DNA from: Hamiltosporidium tvaerminnensis FI-OER-3-3
Lineage: Eukaryota; Fungi; Microsporidia
DNA length: 64,000 nucleotides
Direction of reading: 5' to 3'
Assembly: GCA_022605425.2 (NCBI GenBank)
Contig: CM061251.1
Span: forward strand, 744,001 to 808,000
In this document: piece after piece, positions 24,602 to 37,442 of the stretch
Layout of the letters: every line of letters begins with the position of its first letter
Numbering within the stretch: the stretch's first letter is position 1
Notes under the pieces: model-generated
What the model was told of the DNA's origin: nothing
Seen by the model: only the letters and a program-made list of their open reading frames with translations
Databases searched by the model: none
Program-made: the position numbers and the translations under genes

Positions 24602-26199
24602 GGGTTGAATTTTTTTCTCTCTTTTTATACAAAAAATTTGATAAATTAAATATATAGTTTACTATTTTAGGTAATATTAAATTTCATATTTTGATCGAAA
24701 TGTAAAAAACTCATCTATTTAAATTATTTTTATTCTAGTAGTTATTTTTATTAATCTTACTAAATAATAAATCTCGTAAGCCATACAAATCCTCGTGCCA
24801 TACCAACCAATACACCTTTAAAATTTCTATAAAACCAAAAGCGATCTGAGGGTATGATGAAAGAAACTAATAAAATCAAATATTATAGTCTCAAACATTT
24901 CTTAATACATAAATAATCATTTTTTTCACCTGTAGTTTACTTCTCATCATAATATTACTTCCTCGTAAATATATTTTACGGAATGCCATACGGGCACTGT
25001 TATGCTTTGCCAAAAGACGATTCCTTTAATAAGTACTTAAAGGTTTAACAATGAATATTGTATATTAAAATGTTTTTCTGCTTTCTTTACTGTACTCATT
25101 TGGTAAATTATTAAAATATAAGTAAAAGAGTAAAAAAACCAAATATTTTTAAATCTTTTTGCTTTCTTAAAAGTGTATTTTAGCACAGAGATGATATTAT
25201 TATCATTTTTTAACATTTTTCTAAAAATATAAGAGAAGTGTCACATATACAAGAATTTAAGGAATTTAAAGAGAAAATATAAAGGAAATAAACATAAAAA
25301 AAATTAAATTAACTTTGACCAACATTTTTTAATCATTCTTATTTTATTTATATTTATTGATCAGTTTTCGAGTTCATTTCGTTTTGTTCTTTGAGATTTC
25401 TTTTTTTCTTCTAAAACTGTCCTCTCTAATTAAAAAAAACATAAATTATACTTTTTTCATATTACATGACTCGAAATTGTAAAATCCGCTGAATTCTTAG
25501 TTTTTCCAAATGTAAAAACTAATAGAGGAAACTATCCAGTGAGGTGTTAAAACTGGTATGGAATGCCAAAAAAATATTTTTTTTTAATTTATGATTTGGC
25601 GACAGTATTTTGATTCACTATATATAGAAATATATTTGAAAAAAAATGATCACAAATTTACCGAAATCGTATTATTTGAGAAAAAAATCGAAGCAAAATC
25701 TATAAAATTTAAATTCTGATATTAAATTTAATTGAACTATTTTAGAATAGATAAAACAATTTCATCAGATATATTTATACTTTCAAAATGCCCTAAATAT
25801 ATTTGTTGTGCTATATTTTTTTAGTTAAATCATAGAATTCTATTACTGAATCACGAAAAAACACAAATTTCTATCAAGTAATACATATTTAAGACGATTT
25901 GATTTGCTTATGGTTTTTCTTGATAAAATTACATTTTTTTTATTCAGTTAAACAGTATGCCATATTCGTTTTCTTTTTATCTTCTCAATTAATGCGTTGA
26001 TTAGTCAATTGCTTACTTCTTTGGAACCTATGGATTTATTTTTTTAGCTTAATGAAATATCATATAGTCTTGGCGAACATTTTTAATGATTATAAATGTT
26101 CGAAAAATTTGAATAATTGGGAAATTTGAGAATTTTTTTATAAATATTGTATAGCATACAAAAATAACAGAAAATAATCCTAAAGTAAAAAAATCATAG

Positions 26200-26640
26200 A
26201 AAAAAGTACTACGAACGAAAAAGGTGTAAATTTATAAACCATGACCAATCCTTTCGTTTTTATTAATTGAAGCAATTTCCTTTTTCTGGAATTTCGAGTT
26301 ACAATGCCTTTTCCATGATGGCACTTGTACTTGTCAGATGTGCATCCAAATTTGTAGTCACATCGATTATTACTTGACACTTGGTTTTGCATGATACTCT
26401 GGGAAATTCTAGAATGAAATCTCGACCTTTGGAATTTTTTCAATACAAAAAAAACGTTTGAATTACATTTTGTAGATTGACTCCTCGCGTGTAACAGATT
26501 CAAGATTCCATGTTTGGTGTCTGAATTAAAAAGATTGGCATCTGTTTTTTTAAAACAAATTTCATAACGTTTTGCCATAGTGCGGCCTCTGTCAACATCT
26601 GGGATTTAAACTCTCAAGGTTCCACTTTTTTTAGTGGCAG
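26200..26640 (-). pseudogene. C-terminal remnant of a KRBA2/SCAND3-like (Ginger-type) integrase
   Basis: PDVDRGRT, TKHGILNLLHARSQ..C and a degenerate Cys-rich tail RCDYKFGCTSDKYKC. Confidence 0.55.
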
Positions 26641-26899
26641 AGTATATTAGATTGGAAGGTTTAAGCGTTTTCTATGGCTTGTTTTTAAGATTTTTTGCTG
26701 GAATATTTCTAATTTTTAATATGTTTAATTTTTTCGGTCGAATAAAACAAAAAATTTTCAAATTGCCTATTCGCTTTGGGCATTGTGTATAATACCCAAA
26801 TATTTAAATCACCCGTGTCATATATATATGTTTATGCATCTCTGCTAGATATATGAAGTGAATCTATGCATGTCGGTAGGTTCGAAGTTTATCTTCAAC

Positions 26900-28150
26900 A
26901 GATTGTTTTGATATTGAATTAAATGGTTTCGAATTACCCTTTCCGTATTATAAGCCGACTAAAGATTTCTATCTTAAAATAAATTAGTGATTTCCAGGGT
27001 ATTTATAATAGGTTTTGTAATTTTAGTATATCATTTCCATCACGTTAAAAAATTCTAAAAAATGCATTCATTTTGAAAAATACACTCATCGCCAAATACG
27101 TATAAAAATTTTGTCTTAGAATAAACCTATTTAAGAATTTTCTTGTAGCTGCACTTGATTTCTATGAATGCTGTGAAATTTTGTTTCTTTAGTAAAATTT
27201 AGAGTTATGCGGTACTATTAAAAAGTTTTACATCAGCTTTAATCTGGCATATACTATTGTTTATCATGTAAATTCCAAAATTTCTTTACAAAAAGACTGA
27301 ATATCTCTTTTGTAGGCTCAACTATTTTTATTTCGAAAAAAGAAATGCAAATTTTGTTCTAGTGCTGAAATCTAGTTCATAATTCTTTTTAATTTGCTTC
27401 ATCTTTAGCTGATAATGTTCCACAAGGGTTATAAGTAGTAAATTCCTTTTGATGATCGCATTTTATAATTTTTGATGTTTCTTTCTAAGCAGTTTTAGAA
27501 ATTCTTCATATTTCTGCTTTATAACCAAATTACATAGAATTCCGTTTTCAATTTCAGATTTTATAAATTTAAATATTCTATTCTATATTTTTATTCCGGA
27601 ATCTCTTTGTTTACCATCATTTGTTTGATAGACTCTATTCACGTATGATGAAGTTTATGAAGGGTTTTCGCCTTAAATTGAGGCTCTTCTTTTGTATATT
27701 TTTTGTTTCTATCAAGAAATTAAAACGTGAAAAACCGCATTTTGGTTTCGTATCTCAATAAATTATTAGTATAACAGATCAAATCTTTGTAGCTGCAAAC
27801 ACTCTTTGAATTTCGGTTGTTTATACGTTTTTTTGATATTTACACACCCCATCATAGAACTTAAAGAAATCAATCTGATCTGGTGGAAAACCGTATATGT
27901 TAATTAACCAATGATTTCGCTTTTCATGGATTGTATAAAATATGTTTCTTGATTCAAAAGAATTAAAAATAATTTCAAATTCTCAAAAAGACAGTACTAT
28001 ATGCTTTCAAGTCAGAGCCCATTTTGGGATTCCATTGCTATCTTCTATTCGTAAAAAGCTTTTGATTACATGCTTTGCCTAAATGAAGAGTATTTGGTCA
28101 TAGCGTGCCAGTTTTATTAATTTATTTTTTTGTTTTCCAGCTTATTGGAT
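26900..28150 (-). pseudogene. Possible very old LINE remnant
   Basis: Only scattered motif-like fragments (LLNQET, INIYG, KGN.KP). Confidence 0.25.
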
Positions 28151-28462
28151 ATTGTATAGATTGAATCTGGTTTCATTAAAACCAATTTTATTCATTTATA
28201 TCGATATGAACTTAAAATTTTTAATAAAAACTGATATTTATGTAGATAATAGAAATACTTTTAATAAAATTAATATATTTGGATTTTTAAATTGAAAATT
28301 ATAGCGTTAAGATTTTCCCCATATAGATTATATCTCTTACAAATAGAAAAAGAAAAAAAAATACGTATGGTTCCATTGCTCTTCTGTATTTGAGTAAAAT
28401 TGGTCTTAATCTGTATTTTTAATAAATCAAACATGCTGCAATTTATTTTTCTCTGTTGATAA

Positions 28463-30241
28463 TTATTCCAAGACATCTACCAATGATTCCCGTAAGACTT
28501 TAATTAATGATTCTTGAACTAAAAAGGCATTCCAACCTCTATTATTTGCCTCCACTATATTTTTAAGCATATTATCATAAAAATATATGTTTGAGGGCGA
28601 TGTTCCTAAAAAATTTTCAACAAATTCGTAGGCTTGATATTTTGGCTTTAAAATTGTTGAGTCTATGTATGCGATCTCTCTATGAACCACATGGTCAAAG
28701 CAATCAACTAAATTCATTTGTTTTAAAATATACTCGGCATGATATTGTGTTGCATTGGTAAAACATATTTTTTTAGCTTTCAAATGTTGTAGTTCTTGTT
28801 TAAATTCCTCTAAAAACGCTAGATGACTTTGAATTGAAAACAAAGATGAATTTTTTTCTTTGCAAAAAAAATTTCCGACAAGCTCTTTACATTTGCTTTC
28901 ATTGTACTCTTTCGTATTTTGAATAAATTTAATCATAAATGATTCTAATGGTTGGTCTGGATCTGTATAGTTAAAGCCATATTCGTATTCATTAAAATGC
29001 GCTTCAAATAATTTCGTAGGAAACAGGGTATCATCGATATCGAATACCAATACTTTTTCATTGTAACACATGGATTTAATGGGATTTAAAGATAATAATA
29101 CGTAGAAGGGACCAACACGCAAGGCACTAGAATATTCAGGATTGCAGATAAATTCCTTCAAAAAACAAGAAATGTTTTCAAATTCCAAAAATGGTTTTGT
29201 TGTCACATAAGACAATAATTTTTCCAAGTGATCTTCTAAATATGTAAAACATATTTTATAATAACTGTTAAAAATCATTTTGTTTGCTTGCTCATCACGT
29301 TGTTTAAGAATCTGGCTATATGCGTTTAAAATATCATCGTTAAAGTATTCTTTACAAATATCTTCATGGTAACTAAATGCATAATAGTTTTGAAAAATGG
29401 AACTAAATAATTCGATCATATTTGAATAGAAAAAATGTGCAGCCGAACAGCTTTTTGCATGCTGTAATATCGAATTTTTAAATTCTGTAAACATCATATG
29501 TATGTGATTTTTACATGAAGTATTTTGATCATATTTAATCGTATATTGAGTTATATCTTTAATATTGAATTCAGAATTAGTATTGCTAAACAATCTTTCG
29601 TAAATATTAGATGTGTCATAATTAGAATCGAGATTTGATTTTTTTTGTCGTTTGCATTCGCTTGTTAAAATGGTGTTAATACCGCACGGTTTCAAAATAT
29701 CCTTTAAATCTTTCGAAACAATATCCTTTTCTTCTTCTTGGATTTCTAACATAGCATTATCCGTTTGATCATCATATGTATAGTATTCAGAGGTAAAAAA
29801 ATACATGTATTTTGCGAATTCGCTTTGTGTATTAAAATTTGGGAAGTATTCCTTAAAAATGTTTTTAAATTTAGAAAACACAACGTAAATAATGCGCGTT
29901 CGGAAAACAAGTAACCATTTAAAAGATTGACACTTTTTAAAATATGTTGTAAAGCATAGCATTTCAAGTTCGTTTGATGTCAAATTATTTTTCGTTAATT
30001 CCAAAGACTCAATATATTCTTTTAGAACTTCAAAATTAACTTGTTTTGAAATTGGTGTTCTTACAATTAATTCTGTTTTTATTGTTCCAAACGTTTTATG
30101 ATTAAGAAAATGAATAAATAGAGCTGAAACATGGAATACAATCGGATTCGATTTCATTTCAGTTATCATATTATAGTATGTCTGAATTTCAGAATTTTCT
30201 TTGGAAAACTTTACAAATATAATCCATAATAAAATTTGCAT
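28463..30241 (-). CDS. Putatively secreted protein with a C-terminal HAD pyrimidine 5'-nucleotidase (SDT1/PHM8-like) domain
   Basis: Short hydrophobic N-terminus MQILLWIIFVKFS. HAD motifs VFDIDDTLF, FTNA, LKP and FYDN..NI..A...GW. Confidence 0.85.
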   Translation of the reverse strand: MQILLWIIFVKFSKENSEIQTYYNMITEMKSNPIVFHVSALFIHFLNHKTFGTIKTELIVRTPISKQVNFEVLKEYIESLELTKNNLTSNELEMLCFTTYFKKCQSFKWLLVFRTRIIYVVFSKFKNIFKEYFPNFNTQSEFAKYMYFFTSEYYTYDDQTDNAMLEIQEEEKDIVSKDLKDILKPCGINTILTSECKRQKKSNLDSNYDTSNIYERLFSNTNSEFNIKDITQYTIKYDQNTSCKNHIHMMFTEFKNSILQHAKSCSAAHFFYSNMIELFSSIFQNYYAFSYHEDICKEYFNDDILNAYSQILKQRDEQANKMIFNSYYKICFTYLEDHLEKLLSYVTTKPFLEFENISCFLKEFICNPEYSSALRVGPFYVLLSLNPIKSMCYNEKVLVFDIDDTLFPTKLFEAHFNEYEYGFNYTDPDQPLESFMIKFIQNTKEYNESKCKELVGNFFCKEKNSSLFSIQSHLAFLEEFKQELQHLKAKKICFTNATQYHAEYILKQMNLVDCFDHVVHREIAYIDSTILKPKYQAYEFVENFLGTSPSNIYFYDNMLKNIVEANNRGWNAFLVQESLIKVLRESLVDVLE

Positions 30242-30979
30242 TCATTCAAAATTTTTGATGTTTTTATAGAAAAAAAAATGATAAATTAAATACATATTTT
30301 ACTCTTTATAGTAATCCACTAATTTTCTCCTTTTAGAAATTCAAATTGGCTACCCAAAGCATGAATTTTTTAAATATTGATGCAAAGAATTGAAAGCGCA
30401 ACTATAGTTGAATAGTTTGTTTAGATATTTTTTATTTTTGATAGTAAATTATTGTAATTATACCTCTCACTGAATTTTAATACAATTTATATTTTTTTCT
30501 AATTATGATTTATCAAATTTTGTTTTAATTAACTTAATTGGGTAATCGAGTTGTGAAAAAAATCTAAATATTAGATTAAAATTTGAATCCAAACAAAAAA
30601 TAAACAGTAAGAAACCATATCTTTATTTAAAGAGTGGGAGGTGTAAATGCAGTTTTTAATACCCCCGTTTCTTTTTTTTTCAATTAAAAAGATAAAACAC
30701 GGTAAAAATTTTCTACATGTATATTAATTTAGCAATGAAGAAAAAATTGTTTTTATTCTTTATTTGGTGGATAAAAACATCATAGAAGTTAGAGGCCAAT
30801 GTCATAACCTATAGAAATTATATAGAAAAAGAACAAAAAAAATATTAAAAATTATAGAAATAAGATGTCTAATAAGAAAAATTGGAAACAAAATTTCTTT
30901 ATTCCATGATCTTAAACACCCCGCTCTAAAAAATTTTTTGTTTCATTTCCCTGTGTATTTTTGATTTTTGAAATACTTC

Positions 30980-31170
30980 ATTCGTTTAATCGAGTAATGT
31001 TGCGACGCCTCATCTCAAAATGTTTAATTGGTTCGAAAAATGTAAAACATAACCAAAAGAGCTCATATTAAAAATATAACTATTCTAAGTTGTTCATAAA
31101 TCTTACGTAACAAATAATAGTGAGTAAAAGTAGAATCTAAAACACTCGGAGACGTTAATTAGTCCAAAAA
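30980..31170 (+). repeat. Interspersed repeat family B, diverged copy
   Basis: AATGTTTAATTGGTT..TTGTTCATAAA..AATAGTGAGTA matches 39881-40076. Confidence 0.65.
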
Positions 31171-31244
31171 ATATTGGAAACAAATTAAGTAAAAATCTTT
31201 TCTAGATTGTAGTATGTGGAAAGAATAATCTAAATATATTTTTT

Positions 31245-31968
31245 TTGAAAACATTACATTTTTTTCAAATAGTGGCAAGTGTTACATTTGTTTTCATGGC
31301 ATTTACGCAGTTCTAGGTTTAAGAATAACTGCTTCCCAAAACCCCCATCGGTACCCCCTAGATACCTAAATCTCGCAGAATTTCATCTAAAAGTAGTAGA
31401 AACCAATTATTAGACGAGTAAGTTGCCCGTAGTTCCTTAATATCCGTTCCATAAAGTGTATCGTAAGCTGAAGCCCCCCTGGGCTCCCTCTCCCAAAAAA
31501 ATAAAACTACACAGAATCCCGATTTACTCTACTCTTTGTGAATCCAATAAAGTTATAGCTAAAATATATTTCAGAGACTTACATGGTGTACATCTTGACA
31601 GTGCAATGCTATACCAACAGGTATAACCTGCTACTTAACTCTCCTGACTTTATGGAGTTTGGTTTTCTATATCCCAAGCACTATATCTTCTAACCCGAGT
31701 GAGTAGAGCTATCTCTATACTTTTACATGGTAATCGCCTTTAACTTCATCTGCGTGTCCGTGATCTAGTTACATAAAAAAATACAAATAAATTTGTAAAA
31801 GCAGTTTCGCCATTTCGTAGACCTCTCCTCCTATACAAATTTACATGAAATAACCGAAAATCTAATGTGGTTTTATTCTCAACAAAAATTCAAACAATGG
31901 TTTCGTACATCAATATACATATTTATTACCAATCAAAAGAGTTTTATTAGGATTATCCTTGCTTCACC
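31245..31968 (+). repeat. Interspersed repeat family A
   Basis: Colinear with 58328-59057. Confidence 0.85.
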
Positions 31969-32282
31969 AAGAAAAAACAATAGATCATATTTTTTTCTAC
32001 GTTCTTAGTTTTTTAGTTTCAAAGAAAAGGTAATTTAAATCAATTTGGTAGGCCTTTTTTCAAATAATTTTTAGTTTATAACCAATTGTAAAAAACAATT
32101 GATTCTTTTTTTGCCATTACTCTGTGTAATTTAGTTTCATTCTAAATAATAATTGCATCAAACAATTTTGTTTGAAAAATATAGAAGTTTATCTTTGACA
32201 TAATTAAAAGGCTTATATAAAAATTTGTATGAAATTTTACGATAAATAAGTAACTAATGTAAATTTTGTTAAAAAATTTGTT

Positions 32283-32682
32283 TTTCAGACAATGAAAACA
32301 CTTCAAAAGAATAATTTTTTTTGAGACAGGGAACGAGATCGAATAAAAACAGATTTTAAGATAAACCGACTGAATATAAAAGGCTTAGCGTAAGCTCTTA
32401 AGAATCGGGGGGAAATAAAACAAACGAAAGATATATTCTGGTTAAAAGATAAGCCATATTTTTATCTGGGAATTACTCAGAGCGACTAAAAAATCAATTA
32501 TGAAAGACCAAAAAATATATGGGACACAGACCAGTTGAGAATATCAAAGACTAATTGAAAAGATTGAGAAACTATAGCTCAGATATTGAAGTTTGAAATT
32601 ATAATCGACATGTTCTTATTTAGTTTTGTTAGATGTAAAATAAAGGTCTTTTCAACGAGTTTAACAGTAAGTAATTCATAAA
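32283..32682 (+). repeat. Interspersed repeat family C, diverged copy
   Basis: TTCAGACAA..AAAACACT, ACAGACCAGT, GAAACTA.A.CTCAG..TGAAGTTT and AGTAATTCATA are shared with 48700-49085. Confidence 0.6.
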
Positions 32683-33412
32683 TAATCTATATTTTGCAGT
32701 AAAAAATATTTTTTCATCGCATTTCTAGAATTTAATTATTCCACCAGTTTAACATTTTTGTACAATAGTTAATTAATAAAAAAATATTTAAAAGTTATTT
32801 TTATATAAATCGATTGTTAAAAAACTTATCTTATGATCGAAACAGTGTTTCACAAAAAAATGTTTGAAAAATGGTAAAATGGATTATCAAAATAGATATT
32901 TTAAATTGAAATGCTACACGTAATTTAGACACAATTTGAAAAATATACTTGAATCGGATTATATATTTAAATTTTAAACGCTAAAACCATAATAGAAATC
33001 GAGCAAAAAAATATTCAAAGTATAATTATAAAAATAACAAACTGTTTTAGATTCTAGATAATGTAATTGCATCTGAATTCCAAAAAATATATTTATATCA
33101 ATCAAAATATAAAAACACGATCTTAGAATATATAATTCATCATTTTTAGGAATTTGAATTTCAAAGCAATACACAACAGTTCAATTAAAAATATAAAAAA
33201 CCAAATTTAATAAAAATAATTCGTCATTTTAAAATATAAGAATTCAAAGCAATACACAACAATTCAATTAAAAATATAAAAAACCAAATTAAATAAAAAT
33301 AATTCGTTATTTTAAAATATCAGATTTTATACTGAAATTTTGTTTGATATATGGTTAGTTAAAATCATAAATAAATAAATTTTATTTTTAATAATTTTTA
33401 CAAAAGCAACAT

Positions 33413-33415
33413 CCC
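33413..33415 (+). promoter_or_regulatory. Microsporidian CCC motif just upstream of the start codon (representative; also before 2881, 3823, 5453, 6116, 8619, 9428, 10429, 18089, 35883 and 55862)
   Basis: CCC lies within ~20 nt of the ATG after an AT-rich tract, an established microsporidian transcription-start signal. Confidence 0.8.
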
Positions 33416-33422
33416 TTATAAC

Positions 33423-34046
33423 ATGCAAAATGATTCAACAAGTTCTGAAAATGAGACTTTTCAACCTTTAGGGTTCGATTTGGGGGCACTTAAACAAAAA
33501 AGAAAAGAACAGATTGCAAAGCATAAACCGGTAATGGCGCAAAAGAAAGAAGTATTGGACAGTGATTTACCAGATTGTTTGCAATACGAAGTATTATTAA
33601 AACGTGCTTTGGATCAGCTGCGAATGAAAGAAGAAGGGCAAGATGCAGCAAAGATGAAATTATCATTGGATGTAAAACGAGAGCCTTCATCGAAAACTTC
33701 AATTAATATTGTAGAAATATCAAAAGCACTTCATAGAGATCAAGAACATGTAATGCGGTTTATTTTTAATGAACTTTTTACAACTGGATCTGTAAATAAA
33801 GAAGGAAGACTTTTTTTAAAAGGCGTTTTTCTTAAATCTCAAGTTCAAGACATTCTTAGAAGTTATGTAGAACATTTTGTTGTTTGTAAAAGCTGCGAAA
33901 ATGTAGAAAATACAAATATAATAAAGCAAAATCAACTTTACTTTCTAAAATGTTCTAGGTGTGGTGCAATGAGATGTGTGGGTAATATTATTGAGGGAAT
34001 GAGAAGTAAAGGGAAAGCCGTGCATTCAGTAAGAGGACTTATTTAA
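33423..34046 (+). CDS. SUI3: Translation initiation factor eIF2 beta
   Basis: YEVLLKRA, LHRDQEHVMRFIFNELFTTGS, L+G.F and the zinc ribbon CKSC..CSRCGA. Confidence 0.93.
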   Translation: MQNDSTSSENETFQPLGFDLGALKQKRKEQIAKHKPVMAQKKEVLDSDLPDCLQYEVLLKRALDQLRMKEEGQDAAKMKLSLDVKREPSSKTSINIVEISKALHRDQEHVMRFIFNELFTTGSVNKEGRLFLKGVFLKSQVQDILRSYVEHFVVCKSCENVENTNIIKQNQLYFLKCSRCGAMRCVGNIIEGMRSKGKAVHSVRGLI

Positions 34047-34843
34047 TAAAATTTATACCAAAAATATTATTAATTTACAACAAAAATATTACAAATTTAC
34101 AAAATATATATTAGTAATTTAACAAATTTACTTTTATTAGAAATAATATAAATATATGAAATTGTATTTACACAAATATATTGTTTGAAATGTTGTTACT
34201 AGCTGTTTTATTTAGAATTTTTTTTCATAATTTTCCAGATATTTAAATTTATTTTCAATTTCTTAGAATTCAACCATTGAAAATATAAAAAAAATAAGTT
34301 TGTCATTATCTTAAATTTCCACCATATTAAATTGTTGTAATTCAATCGTTGAACTATAAAAAATACTTCTTGGTTCCTTCAAATCTATTTTTTTCCAAAG
34401 ATCTAAAATATTTCGTTATAAAATAAAATAAATTATAAAAGTAATATTAAATTAATACAAGTAATTACATATATAAAGTAGATTTAAATTAATACAAATA
34501 ATTACATATATAAAGTAGATTTAAACCCACAATATATGCAAAATAAAATTTATATTCAAATACTTTATCGTTATAAAATACTGCTTTCGCGGTACAAAAA
34601 ACTAAAAATCTAAGCATTTAAAATTACAAATCAATTTTTTTTAAAAAAATGAATTGCTTTTTAAAGAAAAATATTTTAATAAAAAATTATATCAATACAA
34701 AGCAGAAAATATTTTCATACAAATAAAAATATTTATAAATTTTTATAATCTAAGAGCTTTTTTTTTGGATAAAATAAAAGATAATAATAGTTTATTTAAA
34801 AAAAATAATATTAAGACAATAAGGATTAACTACTAGTCAGAAA

Positions 34844-34935
34844 TTTATTTAATAAAATTCTGGGTTTAGATATTTTTTGCCATTTTTATATATTTTCTTC
34901 TACCTCTTTAACCACTACTGTCTTTTCTTCCAAAT
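34844..34935 (-). mobile_element. 92-bp extreme 5'-truncated copy of the REL LINE
   Basis: Matches 38453-38543, with a 14-bp TSD CTACTAGTCAGAAA at 34830-34843 and 34936-34949. Confidence 0.9.
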
Positions 34936-35055
34936 CTACTAGTCAGAAAATCATATAATTAAAACTATTTTTTGTCAAAGATAAATAAATATCACAATAA
35001 AACACAAAAAGTGACCGGTAAAATATATTTTTAAGATATCCAAATCAAAGTACAA

Positions 35056-35160
35056 ATTACTTTCTTAATCAATGGCATTACAGCTCATTAAGAGCCCTAG
35101 TCTCAATTACTATAAACTCCAATCTGTCACTTTCAAGCGCCCCTCTTCTCCATTCATCTA
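35056..35160 (-). mobile_element. Short 3' fragment of the RTE family at 2170
   Basis: CTTAATCAAT..ATTAC.GCTCATTAAGA.CCCT is shared with 2182-2216. Confidence 0.6.
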
Positions 35161-35882
35161 TAAAAAAGTTTAAAATAAAAGATATGAATGAAAAATGAAG
35201 AAAAGATTTAATAATTATACTAAAGCCAATTCAAAGTAAATACGGAGGTAGAAGAGGATGAAAAAACATTTTGCTCGAAACTTAGTTCTCAAGTAATATT
35301 TAAAAGCCATTGAAATACAAAAATAGTAATTGTATATGACCTTTAGTCATCCATACACGGCAATAGAGCGTACATAAATCAAATATTGATACTTTTTTTG
35401 CTAACAATTCTAGAAAATATTTAGCGAAACTAAATAAATGATAACAATATTAAAAAAATCAGACCAAATACTTAAATTTAAACCATTAAAATACACAAAA
35501 ATAATTGTTTATCATTATTACGAAAATACCATAAGAAAAATTATAAATAAAAACAAAATTTGACTTTCTTTATTGTTTATTATATCTATTCTTACCAAAT
35601 ACAGGCTTGGTCCAAAATATTTCTTTGTGAAACACCAATTATTTTTTAAAGATAAAGTCGCTTCTGCTTTCTCATTTTTATTTTCTTTTAAACAGTAGAC
35701 TTATAAATTATACATTCATATAAAATTTCGTACTCAATTGTAAATTTATTGAAAGAAAAATCAATTTTCTTTAAAAAATTCTAGAGACCAATTTTGACGT
35801 AAAACCATCACAAATAATTTAAATCAGCGATCTATTTACAAATTTATAAATATTTTTTAAAAATATTTACCCGTATAGAGTT

Positions 35883-36178
35883 ATGATATGTCTTTACTAC
35901 AAAATGTAAGTATTTTTCTAATAAGTTTATGTAATAAGCAAGAAAATGTGGCTGAGATACATTCACATAGTATCTTTAATCATCTAAAGAAATCTATAGG
36001 AGCATTCAATTCACATAAAATAATAAAAGTAAAAGTTGATTATGACATTATTAAAGTGACAGTAACAGAAAAGAATATTGTGTCATATATTAACAGTTCA
36101 TTAATACTTTTGGGAAATACTGGATATGGGAAATTATCTATACAGTTTTTAGATGAGAAAGATGTATCTACTAACTGA
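35883..36178 (+). CDS. Small Rpp14/Pop5/Pop8-like protein with a candidate intron at 35906-35925 (alternative unspliced start 35888)
   Basis: CCC at 35870-35872. Splicing GTAAGT..CTAATAAG gives MICLYYKILCNKQ..LKKSIGAF..IKV..SSLILL. Family call is by pattern only. Confidence 0.55.
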
Positions 36179-36560
36179 TTCTCACGTTTGTTCTTATCGG
36201 GGTTAAAACACTGTTTTACCAATGATACCCCAAAATAAAGTCATAATAGTTTTTATTTTAAATTCTTTTCATAATTTATGTTTTGTACAACAATTTATTA
36301 TTTTACGTAAAAATACGGAAAAATCTAAAAAGTTGAATGGTTTAAGGCTACGGGTTTGAATTCTTTTAAAAAAATTGTAGGAAAAATGAAATAAAAATGT
36401 TTCGATTAAATTAAGTTAAACACTACAATTACCGTTTGAAAATAAAGAATTTTAAAGTAAATTATTCTGTATAAATATATTTCCAAACATAGAAATATTC
36501 GCGGGAATTGGAAAATAAATAAAAGATATTTAATAACTTTTTATTAATAAGACATTTTAT

Positions 36561-37442
36561 TTACGAACCATTTCCATTTCCTTCTTCATTTCCGTTTTCA
36601 GCTGGCTTAGATGGTTTGGTAGAAGAACTTTGTCCGTTGGGTTTAGTAACGTTTCTGAAGGAATCTGATCTGACAGATGTTATTTCCATCATTGAGTCAC
36701 AACCACCACAATTTTCACTCTGTCCTTCGATAGCAGTAGTTTGTTTACTCAAATATTCCAAACAGGCAGCACATGGATCTTCTTTCTTAGGTTTGGGTAA
36801 TTCACCTTTTTGACTCAAAAGACCACCCAACTGGTTAAATTCGAGAGAAGCAGTGGGTCTCTTAAGTGCACGAGGCCTTTCATGGCTCTTGTGTGTAATA
36901 TCATAATATACATTTTCAGCCACTGCCATCATAACAACTTCATCACCTACCATGACTTCCACTACATTTCCGTACATATTTAAAGTATAGTAAGGAGATG
37001 TTATAACATCTTTTAAAACCTTTCTGGCATGACAAGCCATGCTTCCTTTACTTATCCTAACTGTACAGTCTTGTGGCTTAGGCTGTGTAAGTTGTTTGGC
37101 AAGTTTAATTGCACGATCGCTTCTTTCCTGTGATTTTGCAATACATTCTTGTTTAAGTTTTTGCGATACTAATTGCCAATTTCCTTCTACACCACGGGGA
37201 TCACAATACAAGTTTGTACCATTATATCCTGGAATAAATGCTTTTGCCATCGGTTCACTCATTTGTTGAGCAGTCAGCTGATTAAGAGCTGTGTTGAGCA
37301 TTCTGTTTTGTTGCAAGCCCAGAACTGCATTGGAATTCTTTGAACTTCCAGTTGTTTGTTGTCCAAGTCCGCCAGTTGTCCCAGATGTGATAACCATATC
37401 CCCAGCTGCAAATGTGCAAAGAACTAAAATTATTGAAAACAT
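36561..37442 (-). CDS. PTP2: Polar tube protein 2
   Basis: Signal peptide and conserved Cys spacing. FNQLGGLLSQKGELPKPKKEDPCAAC matches Encephalitozoon PTP2 FNQIGQLVGARGTFPQENKEDCKPC. Confidence 0.9.
   Translation of the reverse strand: MFSIILVLCTFAAGDMVITSGTTGGLGQQTTGSSKNSNAVLGLQQNRMLNTALNQLTAQQMSEPMAKAFIPGYNGTNLYCDPRGVEGNWQLVSQKLKQECIAKSQERSDRAIKLAKQLTQPKPQDCTVRISKGSMACHARKVLKDVITSPYYTLNMYGNVVEVMVGDEVVMMAVAENVYYDITHKSHERPRALKRPTASLEFNQLGGLLSQKGELPKPKKEDPCAACLEYLSKQTTAIEGQSENCGGCDSMMEITSVRSDSFRNVTKPNGQSSSTKPSKPAENGNEEGNGNGS

Noticed and set aside
30631-30927. Possible ~300-bp MITE (AGAGTGGGAGGTGT ... ACACCCCGCTCT)
   Set aside because: Imperfect short TIR, no TSD, and only one copy in the window.
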